Shown here one piece after another: positions 36,102 to 44,650 of a stretch of DNA of 64,000 nucleotides (positions within the stretch are counted from its first letter, which is position 1; each line of letters begins with the position of its first letter). This stretch comes from Clostridiaceae bacterium (lineage in GTDB: Bacteria; Bacillota; Clostridia; Oscillospirales; Acutalibacteraceae): NCBI GenBank assembly GCA_016295355.1, contig JAEDLK010000005.1, positions 1,871 to 65,870 on the forward strand, written 5' to 3'. The notes under the pieces were generated by a model. The model was given only the letters and a program-made list of their open reading frames with translations. It was not told the DNA's origin and made no database searches. Position numbers and translations under genes: made by a program.

Positions 36102-37156
36102 TCGCTCATATGGCGCCCTGTCAGATACAAAGCAATCGGCAAGAATAGTTCAAAGGCCAACAGAATTCCCGTCGTAGCATCGGTTAACAGAAGAGCCCGA
36201 GAAACGGGCCATACCACCGTGATGAGTGTTACAACGGCCAACACGGTGCAGGGGATCCATCGCCGCCAACCGAACAAGGCATTGGCGGCATCGGCTGACA
36301 CTGTCAGAATGACCGACGCCTTCAGAAAGGAACAAACAAAATACAGATAATATGTCCAACCGTCCATACGGGAATAAGCGTTGCCCAGCGTGATACTGCC
36401 TGTAGCCGCCGCATACGGAAAGGACACACGGTTCAAGACACCGCTCCCGAGTAAAAACAGCACCTGCAACAGGCAAATCAAAAACACACCGCCGCCGCAC
36501 AGCAATCCCCGTGTTTGACAGAAAAAGGCCGATTTTCTGTCTTGAAAACCAATATATAAAATCGGAAAAATCAGTTGACCAAAGCTATGCACATAAAAGG
36601 AAAGGCCCTGCCGGAAAGTTCCTGAGGCACTGATGCCCAGTCCCGATACAAACAGTTCGCTATCCATATCCGGAAGGGACAACAGGAGCATACCCACCGC
36701 AATCAGCACCACCGCCAACAGTGAAACAAGACAAAAAATATCGGTCATTTGGCGGTGCATTTGGGCAAAAAACGCCGTAAGCGCCAAAAACAGCACGGCA
36801 ATCACCACCGTGTGGGTTTGCGGAAGACGCACTTCATCCACCAAACGGATATAATCAAGACAACAGTTGGCATAGCAAATAAAGCAAAACGCCAACAGCA
36901 ACACGGTTAAGAGTTTTGCCCAAACCCGATGCTTGCAATCCGCCAGCATACGAGTGCCGAAGGCCGGTGTACAGCTCGGCAGACGAGCCGTCACAACACA
37001 AAGAAGCAAACTGATAAGAAGGCAAGCCAGAAAACCTGTCAAACCCTCGTTTTGTCCCTGTCCTTTGGGAAAGGAAATAATTAAATTACCCAAAATAAAA
37101 AGGCCGATTAACGCCACCGGGTGATGAAAAACGCCGGCCGATGTTTCTCTCTTCAC
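36095..37156 (-). CDS. Spore germination protein, GerAB/GerKB family (permease-like)
   Basis: About 10 TM segments. Last gene of a gerA-type operon. GTG start overlaps the gerAC-like stop. Confidence 0.75.
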   Translation of the reverse strand: MKRETSAGVFHHPVALIGLFILGNLIISFPKGQGQNEGLTGFLACLLISLLLCVVTARLPSCTPAFGTRMLADCKHRVWAKLLTVLLLAFCFICYANCCLDYIRLVDEVRLPQTHTVVIAVLFLALTAFFAQMHRQMTDIFCLVSLLAVVLIAVGMLLLSLPDMDSELFVSGLGISASGTFRQGLSFYVHSFGQLIFPILYIGFQDRKSAFFCQTRGLLCGGGVFLICLLQVLFLLGSGVLNRVSFPYAAATGSITLGNAYSRMDGWTYYLYFVCSFLKASVILTVSADAANALFGWRRWIPCTVLAVVTLITVVWPVSRALLLTDATTGILLAFELFLPIALYLTGRHMSDH

Positions 37157-38061
37157 AACTGCTCCTTCCAGGATAAAGACACCTGCGTGACCGATCCCCC
37201 TACAAAGGGTGCTATCGTCGGGTCACTGACCAATTCCTTGATTTGTGTTTCCATCGCATACCGAACCGTGTCCTCCATGATTTCTCTTGAGCGAACTTCT
37301 AAACAAAGCACCCCATCACGCAAGCTCTTTCGCTTGATGCGACCAAAGTGAATTCTCCGGCCGTCCACCAAAAGTAGGCTATCATATAGCTCCCCTCTCG
37401 TACCGGCCAACAACTGTGATTGCTGCAGAGGTAGTACCCGTTGGCATTTACCTCTTTCGAACAGGCCGACGCCGTCAATTTGATACTGCTCGTTTTCTTT
37501 TCTTAAATGAAACAGCAGATACCGCCCGTCCTGTTGCCAAGCATTGACCACTCGCGGCAGGCTGCCGGCCTTTTTCATGCCGAAGGTTTCCTTGCCGTGC
37601 CGGACAAGCCGGGACAATTCCTCGCCGGTGGTTGTGCCGGTTTGCTCATTGCCGGAAATCAAAAGCGCCGGATCCTCGCAGCATAAAAGATCTATCGACG
37701 GCGACAGATCATATCCCGAAAAACAGAAATCCAAAACCTGTTGCATACTGCCTTGATCCATGCCTGCCCCCAACAAGATAACCGGGCACTGGCTGAGCAT
37801 CATACGGCCATAGGTGCTGTTTTGCAAATCGGACAAAGCGGCTTCTAGGGTCACGCCGCGCCCCTTGGCTACCAAAGCATGATAAGATAGTTCTCCGCCT
37901 ACATCCACATCCAATGTTTCGGCCGTAAGACAAATCCCGCTTTCATCCCGATTGACGCCCAATGCCGTAATGATGCGTCGGTCCTCCGGTTCACAGTAAT
38001 CACTGCAACCGCATAAAAGCAGCATTAAAAGCACCATCACTATCAGCACAAACCGTTTCAT
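37153..38061 (-). CDS. Ger(x)C-family spore germination lipoprotein
   Basis: MKRFVLIVMVLLMLLLCGC lipobox. The ATG at 38061 follows directly after the gerAA-like stop. Confidence 0.8.
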   Translation of the reverse strand: MKRFVLIVMVLLMLLLCGCSDYCEPEDRRIITALGVNRDESGICLTAETLDVDVGGELSYHALVAKGRGVTLEAALSDLQNSTYGRMMLSQCPVILLGAGMDQGSMQQVLDFCFSGYDLSPSIDLLCCEDPALLISGNEQTGTTTGEELSRLVRHGKETFGMKKAGSLPRVVNAWQQDGRYLLFHLRKENEQYQIDGVGLFERGKCQRVLPLQQSQLLAGTRGELYDSLLLVDGRRIHFGRIKRKSLRDGVLCLEVRSREIMEDTVRYAMETQIKELVSDPTIAPFVGGSVTQVSLSWKEQL

Positions 38062-38063
38062 CT

Positions 38064-39551
38064 TTATCGCTTCCTTCTCTGCCGTACCCGATTCCGGCTC
38101 AAGGAAAACGGACGCAAAATCATCCGATTCCAAGGTGAGCGAATCAGTGTGTCTTTTAAGCTCTGCGGGGTAAAACGCAGTCCGGGCTCCACATAGCCGA
38201 CCTCAAAGGAATGCAAAGCATACAAATGAATGTGCCACAATGTAAAACCTAAAAAGAAGCCGAACAGTCCCAAAAGCGATGCCAGCACCAAAAGCATAAG
38301 TCTTAAATAAAAGATCGCTCCTTTTAATCGGGGTAACATCAAGCCGGCAATCCCGCACAGGGCGGTGATGATCAAGACCGGTGCGCTGACAAGCCGCGCC
38401 TCCACGGCCGCCTGTCCCACCACCAGACCGCCGACAATGCTCATGGCATTACCGACGCTTTGTTGCATTCGTATGCCGGTTTCTTTTAGAATTTCAAAAA
38501 CCAAGATTAGTAACAGAATTTCGGCAAACGAGGAAAACGGCACCCCGTTACGGGCGGCGGCAATGCTGATAAAAAACGAGGTAGGCAACAGGGCCGGGTG
38601 AAAGACCGTAACGGCCAAATACAATGCCGGCAAACAGACCGCCAAATAAAAACACAGATATCTGAGAACCCGTCCTATACCGGCCACTAAATAGTGTGTA
38701 TAATAATCATCATCGGATTGAAAATTCTCGGCGAACAGATACGGCATCGTCAGCACAACGGGTGTACCGTCCACCATGATCGCCACACGTCCCTCTAACA
38801 GTCTGGCGGCCACAATATCAGGTCGTTCGGTACTGCCCATGGTCTTAAACAGCGACCATCGGTGATCACTGATTAGCTCATTGATGTAATGGCTGTCTAA
38901 AATGCCGTCAATATCAATGCTATCTAAGCGCTTGCGAATCAATTCCACCGTTTCCTTCCTCACCACCGATTCCAAATAGCAAATAAAGATTTTTGTGTCG
39001 CTTTTTCGCCCGATGGAACGGCCTTCGATGCACAAATCCGGGGTGGGCAACTTGCGGCGTAACATGGCCGCATTGAACATCAGTGCCTCATCAAAGCCCT
39101 CTCTCGGCCCCTGTTGCACCCGTTCATCCCCCGGCTCACTGATGCCCCGTGTGCGCCAGCCCTTGGTGTTGATGACCAACGCACCAACACTGCCGTCTAA
39201 CAACAGAATGCTGTCGCCGTACAAAAGGCCCGTCAGCATCTCTTTAACATCTGTGACGATTTTGACTTCATTAGCACACAAAATCCGTCGAGCCACGCAG
39301 TCGGCCAACGGCTCATCGCCTCGGTCGGCCGAAGAAATCGTCAAGGGCTTAATCACGCCCTCGTTGATGATTTCAGCATTAACCATACCGTCAAAAAACA
39401 ACAGGCAACCGGCCACGCCCTTATACCGCAACACAAGCGGACGCTCACGGAACACGGCATCCTTTTCAAAAATGCGGCTGAACAAGGCTCGATCGGTTTC
39501 TAAACATCCGGTCAAATTGACCCCTGCAAAGCCGGCTAAATCTCGCTTCAT
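38064..39551 (-). CDS. Spore germination protein, GerAA/GerKA family
   Basis: LLEGRVAIMVDGTPVVLTMPYLFAENFQSDDDYY and a C-terminal TM region. Internal ATG at 39551 chosen; the track N-terminal extension looks non-coding. Confidence 0.85.
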   Translation of the reverse strand: MKRDLAGFAGVNLTGCLETDRALFSRIFEKDAVFRERPLVLRYKGVAGCLLFFDGMVNAEIINEGVIKPLTISSADRGDEPLADCVARRILCANEVKIVTDVKEMLTGLLYGDSILLLDGSVGALVINTKGWRTRGISEPGDERVQQGPREGFDEALMFNAAMLRRKLPTPDLCIEGRSIGRKSDTKIFICYLESVVRKETVELIRKRLDSIDIDGILDSHYINELISDHRWSLFKTMGSTERPDIVAARLLEGRVAIMVDGTPVVLTMPYLFAENFQSDDDYYTHYLVAGIGRVLRYLCFYLAVCLPALYLAVTVFHPALLPTSFFISIAAARNGVPFSSFAEILLLILVFEILKETGIRMQQSVGNAMSIVGGLVVGQAAVEARLVSAPVLIITALCGIAGLMLPRLKGAIFYLRLMLLVLASLLGLFGFFLGFTLWHIHLYALHSFEVGYVEPGLRFTPQSLKDTLIRSPWNRMILRPFSLSRNRVRQRRKR

Positions 39552-39872
39552 ACAATCCCTCTTCTCATTCTCCTTTAGTATGACAACCACGGGAATGATT
39601 ATGCGAAGAGCAGATGAAATCGGCCGTCTGTCGCCGGCAAAAACAGCGATCTTTATGACAACGATGATCAATATCCGAACAAAAAAAGCGTTGCTACAAG
39701 CCGACTGAATCGTCTTGTGCACTGGCAAATGATTGGTTATTTGACTGTGCTCTAGATTCATGGCCATGGATATAGTCAAATGATCTTTGAAAAATTGTGT
39801 CAAATCTTTGATTTAGGGTCAAACTATCAAAGTTTTTCGTTCTTTCGACTGACCACAACCTCAATCATTGCC

Positions 39873-39901
39873 TTGCATTGCCGCATGCGATATGATACAA
39901 T
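39873..39901 (+). promoter_or_regulatory. Promoter of the cobalamin riboswitch transcript
   Basis: TTGCAT (39873..39878), 17-nt spacer, TACAAT (39896..39901). Confidence 0.6.
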
Positions 39902-39907
39902 AAAAAC

Positions 39908-40110
39908 CGCATCAAGGGAAACGGGTGGGAATCCCGTACGAGCCCGTCGCCGTGTTAAACGCCATATGTTTTTTCTACGCCTCTGCCGCAAGGGGCGGAC
40001 AAGCCATTGGACTGCTTCCGAGAAGGCGAAAAAACAGGTTTTCAGTCGAAATATCTTGGTGCAGAAATCGGTCATACCGCAACTCCTTCAAGTTGCGGAC
40101 ACTGCGAGCG
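39908..40110 (+). ncRNA. Cobalamin (B12) riboswitch
   Basis: AAGGGAAACGGGTGGGAATCCCGTACGAGCCCGTCGCCGTG core and the B12-box-like GCCATTGGACTGCTTCCGAGAAGGCG. A downstream hairpin carries CTCCTT (40083..40088), complementary to the RBS AAGGAG (40135..40140). Confidence 0.8.
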
Positions 40111-40148
40111 CCGGTGAAAGATCCAATACAAAAAAAGGAGACTTTCTT

Positions 40149-40601
40149 ATGAAAAGAAACACCACAGCCACTCTTTTGGTTCGCCTGTCCTGTTTGGTGC
40201 TGATTGCGGCATTAGCACTGACCTTGTCCGCCTGCGGACAAAAGCAACCCGAAACCACCGCCCCAATAGACGGTGTGGCCGAACAGGCAAGCCCGGCCGT
40301 TTTAGGCACCGGTGCCACCGTCTTTACCTTAAAGGTCACCACCGATACGGGCAGTAGCACCGATTTTATCATCCACACCGATGAAAAAACCGTGGGGGCC
40401 GCTTTACTTAACGTCGGTTTGATTGCCGGAACCCCGAGTGAATACGGTTTGTATGTCACCACGGTCAACGGTATCACTGCCGATTATAACACCGACGGCA
40501 CCTACTGGGCTTTTTATGTCAACGGCGACTATGCCACAACCGGCGTGGACACCACCGATGTAACCCCCGACGGTTGCTATGAACTGAAAAAGCAAAAATG
40601 A
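40149..40601 (+). CDS. DUF4430-domain lipoprotein (transcobalamin-like, putative B12-binding)
   Basis: Lipobox LTLSAC. Single beta-rich domain ending in WAFYVNGDYATTGVD. Sits under B12 riboswitch control. Confidence 0.7.
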   Translation: MKRNTTATLLVRLSCLVLIAALALTLSACGQKQPETTAPIDGVAEQASPAVLGTGATVFTLKVTTDTGSSTDFIIHTDEKTVGAALLNVGLIAGTPSEYGLYVTTVNGITADYNTDGTYWAFYVNGDYATTGVDTTDVTPDGCYELKKQK

Positions 40602-41101
40602 AATGCCCAAGCTTAAAGGACATTTGCCTTTTTTCTATCCTTGGTACCTTAATGTTTATCTCAAAGCTAATCATGGAATTTCTGCCTAATGTACATTTGT
40701 TAGCCATGCTAACCATTATCTACACGGTTGTTTTCCGAAAAAAAGCTCTGTGGGCATTGGCGGTCTTCCTGCTTTTAAGCGGTATTTATGCCGGCTTTAA
40801 TCTGTGGTGGCTCCCCTATTGCTATCTTTGGCCGTTGTTATGGGGTGCGACCATGCTGTTGCCAAAAAACATGAAGCCCAAAACCGCCGCCCTTGTCTAT
40901 ATGATGATTGCCGGCCTGCACGGTTTTTTGTTTGGTACGCTGTATGCGCCGGCACAGGCCATCATGTTTGGCCTTTCCTTTAAGAGCACCCTTGCATGGA
41001 TTGTTGCCGGGCTTCCCTTTGATGCCATTCATGGCATCAGCAATTTTTTGGTGACAGCCTTGGCTCTGCCCTGCATTCGTATCTTAAGGCGTCTTGCCTA
41101 A
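40598..41101 (+). CDS. ECF-transporter S-component-like membrane protein (CbrT/CblT-like)
   Basis: 167 aa with 5-6 TM segments. ATGA overlap with the DUF4430 gene. Co-regulation by the B12 riboswitch is inferred. Confidence 0.6.
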   Translation: MKCPSLKDICLFSILGTLMFISKLIMEFLPNVHLLAMLTIIYTVVFRKKALWALAVFLLLSGIYAGFNLWWLPYCYLWPLLWGATMLLPKNMKPKTAALVYMMIAGLHGFLFGTLYAPAQAIMFGLSFKSTLAWIVAGLPFDAIHGISNFLVTALALPCIRILRRLA

Positions 41102-41163
41102 CAAAAGATACACTAAAAAAACCATGTGATAGGTTCACATTCTTTTACTTGATGCCCAAAAAA

Positions 41164-41199
41164 CAACATCCGATTCGACTGCCGTCGGATCGGATGTTG
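41164..41199. terminator. Bidirectional terminator between the ECF-S gene and mgtE
   Basis: CAACATCCGAT-14 nt-ATCGGATGTTG. An A-run precedes it and TATTATTTT follows. Confidence 0.7.
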
Positions 41200-41214
41200 T
41201 ATTATTTTACATAA

Positions 41215-42645
41215 TTAGGCAACCGGTGCAAAGTTGATCAGCAACAGCCATGCCAAGCCGTAATAGGTGACCACAGCCACCAAGTCGTTCACCGTGGTAA
41301 TGAGCGGTCCGGAGGCTACGGCCGGATCAATCTTTAAGCTCTTAAAGATTAACGGAATCACCGTGCCGGTCAAACTGGACACCGTCATGGAAATGCAAAG
41401 GGCCAGTCCGGCACAGCCGGAGGTCGCAAAGGAAAAAACCGGCGGTTTATCTTTGAAAAACATAATATATAAGCCAATCAGAACAAAGGAAACGATTCCT
41501 AAAAACAGACCATTACAAAAACCGACTCGCATTTCTTTAAGCACAAACGACAGCCGTTTTTTGAAATTGAGGTTTTCGTCGGTCAGCACACGAATGGTCA
41601 CGGCCAATGACTGAGTTCCCACATTGCCGGCCATACCCAAAATTAAAGACTGAAAACAGATGATCAAGGTCAAAGAACTGACAACCGGCTCAAAGACCGC
41701 CACAACTGAGGAAACCAACAGCCCTAAAAACAGCAGAATAACCAGCCACGGGATCCGCTTACGCATACTTTTCAAAAGCGGTTCCTTCAAATCCTCCTCG
41801 GCAGTCAAACCGGCCAATTTAGCGTAGTCATCGCCCATTTCATTGTCTACGATTTCCACAATGTCCTGCGAGGTGATGACACCAATCAGCGTCTTATCTT
41901 CGCTGCTTAACACAGGGATAGAATCCTCAGAGTATTCCTTTAACTGCTCAATGGTGTCACTGATGATTTCATTATCGTAAACAAACGGATAGGAGGTGGT
42001 GATTAAATCCTCCAGTGGGGTATCCTGTCGGGCAATAATCAAATCCTTTAGATCAATCGCCCCGTAGAACGTGTCATCATCCTCCACCACATAGATGGTC
42101 GAAATGTTATCATTGTCGGCTGCCTGGTCAATTAAGGCCTTCATAGCCTGCTTCACTGTCAAATGTCTCTTAATGTCGATGAAGTTGGTGGTCATGATGC
42201 TACCGAACTCGCCGTCATCGTACGAACGAATCAGCTCGATATCCTCTTTGGCCTGCGGCTCGATGAGTTGCATCAGCTCCTGCCGTTTGTCCTCATCTAA
42301 CTCATCCAAAATATCAATAGCATCGTCGGCGTCCATGTTTTCAATAACATCGGCCGCCTCATCAGCATCCAATTCCTCAATGTAGGTGCTGACATCATCC
42401 AAATAAGCGAAGATGTCTGACACCCGATCGGGTCCCAGCACCTCATACAACCGTTCACGCTCTTGCGGGGAAAGCTCTTCGACCACCGAGGCAATATCGT
42501 TATCGTGATAATTCTCTAATCCCTCGGCAATTTCGTCATCTGATTTGCCACTGCGAATGAGTGATAATATCTCATCACTGTAGCCGCGGTTTTCCAAAAC
42601 AGCCTCGTCCTCAAACTGTTCCGTCAACACTTCTTTTTCATCCAT
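41215..42645 (-). CDS. mgtE: Magnesium transporter MgtE
   Basis: Acidic MgtE N-domain, CBS pair and a C-terminal 5-TM domain. ATG at 42645 with a GGGAGG RBS. Confidence 0.9.
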   Translation of the reverse strand: MDEKEVLTEQFEDEAVLENRGYSDEILSLIRSGKSDDEIAEGLENYHDNDIASVVEELSPQERERLYEVLGPDRVSDIFAYLDDVSTYIEELDADEAADVIENMDADDAIDILDELDEDKRQELMQLIEPQAKEDIELIRSYDDGEFGSIMTTNFIDIKRHLTVKQAMKALIDQAADNDNISTIYVVEDDDTFYGAIDLKDLIIARQDTPLEDLITTSYPFVYDNEIISDTIEQLKEYSEDSIPVLSSEDKTLIGVITSQDIVEIVDNEMGDDYAKLAGLTAEEDLKEPLLKSMRKRIPWLVILLFLGLLVSSVVAVFEPVVSSLTLIICFQSLILGMAGNVGTQSLAVTIRVLTDENLNFKKRLSFVLKEMRVGFCNGLFLGIVSFVLIGLYIMFFKDKPPVFSFATSGCAGLALCISMTVSSLTGTVIPLIFKSLKIDPAVASGPLITTVNDLVAVVTYYGLAWLLLINFAPVA

Positions 42646-42835
42646 AAAAAACAGACCTCCCGTATTCGGGCGGTCCGCAAACACAACAACGCCGACGGCA
42701 AAAAACTACCGCAGCGACAAAAAGGACAGGCGCAGACCGTCCGTTGCTATTAAAATGTACTGACTACTTCGGGGATTCGCACCGGCATCCACGCCTTTTC
42801 ACCTCACAAATTCTGTTTTAGCTTTCGCCATGGAT

Positions 42836-42864
42836 ATTGTAACACACTCCTCCCACTTTTGCAA
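42836..42864 (-). promoter_or_regulatory. Promoter of mgtE
   Basis: Minus strand TTGCAA (42864..42859), 17-nt spacer, TACAAT (42841..42836). Confidence 0.55.
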
Positions 42865-42887
42865 GAGACAAACTAAAAAAGGGTAGC

Positions 42888-42916
42888 TTGACAACCAACT
42901 TTCTTTGGGCTATAAT
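42888..42916 (+). promoter_or_regulatory. Consensus promoter of the tyrS leader
   Basis: TTGACA (42888..42893), 17-nt spacer, TATAAT (42911..42916). Confidence 0.7.
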
Positions 42917-43200
42917 AAGAAAAAAAACAAACAGGCTATGACAGGAAACAAGTAGCATGGTTTTCCCCGGCACAGAGAGGTTCGATCTGCTGAAACGAAC
43001 TCCGGGCAACCTTTGTCGAATACCCTCCTCAGCCGCCGCCTGAACCGTCAGTAGGGTGTGCCGGGTGATACCCGTTAGCGTATCGGTGTGTTACACACGC
43101 AAAGGTTTGCTTATCGGTTGCTAAGCAAATAAATTGAGGTGGTACCGTGGCTTTGTCACCCTCATTCCCTCTTTTGGGGAGTGGGGGTGTTTGATTTTTT
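42917..43200 (+). ncRNA. T-box leader (tyrosine specifier)
   Basis: T-box sequence AAATTGAGGTGGTACCGTGG (43131..43150). AGAGA bulge at about 42974. Candidate GAA-UAC specifier (TAC at 43021..43023). Terminator CACCCTCATTCCC...GGGGAGTGGGGGTG plus a T-run (43157..43200). tyrS lies downstream. Confidence 0.85.
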
Positions 43201-43218
43201 CGGAGAGGATGTTTTTGA

Positions 43219-44439
43219 ATGGGAATTTACGAGGAATTGAAAGCAAGAGGCTTGATAGCACAGGTGACCGATGAGGAAAAGGTGCGTGAGCTGGTCAACA
43301 CCGGCAAGGCTGTGTTCTATATCGGGTTTGACCCCACGGCCGACAGTCTGCATGTAGGTCACTTTATGGCTCTGTGCTTGATGAAGCGTCTGCAAATGGC
43401 CGGCAACCGTCCGATCGCCTTAATCGGCGGCGGTACCGGCTACATCGGCGACCCATCCGGTCGCAGTGATATGCGTACCATGATGACCAAAGAAACCATT
43501 GAGCACAACTGTGCCTGCTTCAAAAAGCAGATGGAACGGTTTATTGAATTCGGAGAGGGCAAAGCCTTGATGGTCAACAACGCCGACTGGCTGTTAAAGC
43601 TCAATTATGTCGATTTATTGCGTGAGGTCGGCGCCTGCTTCTCGGTCAACAATATGTTGCGTGCCGAGTGCTACAAGCAACGCATGGAAAAGGGTCTTTC
43701 CTTCTTGGAATTCAATTATATGATTATGCAAAGCTATGACTTTTATCATATGTATCAGACACTTGGTTGTAATTTACAGTTCGGCGGCGACGATCAGTGG
43801 AGCAATATGCTCGGCGGACGGGAATTGATTCGTCGCAAGTTAGGCGGTGAAGCCGAGTCCATGACCATTACCCTGCTGTTAAACAGCGAGGGCAAAAAAA
43901 TGGGCAAGACTGTCGGCGGTGCCGTATGGCTGGATCCCGAAAAGACCAGTCCCTATGACTTCTTCCAGTATTGGCGGAATGTCGGGGATGCCGATGTACT
44001 CAAATGTATTCGTATGCTGACCTTCCTACCGCTGGAGACTATTGACGAAATGGATACCTGGAGCGGTAGCCAATTAAACAAAGCTAAGGAAATTTTGGCC
44101 TTTGAGTTGACCAAGCTGGTACACGGTGAGGAAGAAGCAAGGAAGGCGCTGGATGCTTCCCACAGTATGTTTGCCGGCTGTAAAGATTCCAACGATATTC
44201 CCACCCATACCTTAAGTGCCGATGATTTGACCGATGACCGTATCGGTTTGTTGGACATCATGGTCAAGAGTGGTTTGTGCGTCTCCAAGAGTGATGCCAG
44301 AACCGTGGTGCAGCAGGGCGGCGTCACGGTAAACGAGGAAAAGGTTGCCGACCCCAAGACCTTTTATGAGCCCGATGCCTTAAAAGAGGGTCTGCTCATT
44401 CGCAAGGGCAAAAAGAAATTCATTCGCGTCAGTCTGTAA
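43219..44439 (+). CDS. tyrS: Tyrosine--tRNA ligase
   Basis: HIGH-type HVGH, KMSKS-type KMGKT and a C-terminal S4-like domain. Confidence 0.95.
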   Translation: MGIYEELKARGLIAQVTDEEKVRELVNTGKAVFYIGFDPTADSLHVGHFMALCLMKRLQMAGNRPIALIGGGTGYIGDPSGRSDMRTMMTKETIEHNCACFKKQMERFIEFGEGKALMVNNADWLLKLNYVDLLREVGACFSVNNMLRAECYKQRMEKGLSFLEFNYMIMQSYDFYHMYQTLGCNLQFGGDDQWSNMLGGRELIRRKLGGEAESMTITLLLNSEGKKMGKTVGGAVWLDPEKTSPYDFFQYWRNVGDADVLKCIRMLTFLPLETIDEMDTWSGSQLNKAKEILAFELTKLVHGEEEARKALDASHSMFAGCKDSNDIPTHTLSADDLTDDRIGLLDIMVKSGLCVSKSDARTVVQQGGVTVNEEKVADPKTFYEPDALKEGLLIRKGKKKFIRVSL

Positions 44440-44650
44440 GTGAATTTGGCGGGTGTAGGTCATCCATCTATCGCCCCGACAAACGAACAATTGAATCAGG
44501 CAAAGCCTTCCCTGTGTAAAGGAAGGTGGATGCGCCGTTAGTCAAAGACGAAAGGGTTTTGCTTGAGTCGAAGGGAATCGAACCCCACACGCCCTACAAA
44601 TGAAATTCTTTCGTTTCCCTGTACTCTATTGCCGGACACACGCCGGTATC

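Noticed and set aside
39780-40148. N-terminal 123-codon extension of the DUF4430 lipoprotein ORF
   Set aside because: This stretch is the promoter plus the cobalamin riboswitch. A proper RBS, ATG and lipoprotein signal peptide begin at 40149.
42646-42864. M-box riboswitch upstream of mgtE
   Set aside because: It is expected from context, but I cannot find the conserved M-box sequence blocks by eye. It is reported as an unassigned leader rather than called as an M-box.
44540-44650. Possible tRNA gene (GGTTCGATTCC-like T-loop on the minus strand)
   Set aside because: I could not build a cloverleaf. No complementary 5' acceptor strand or D and anticodon arms exist. It is kept only as a possible att or tRNA fragment in the findings.
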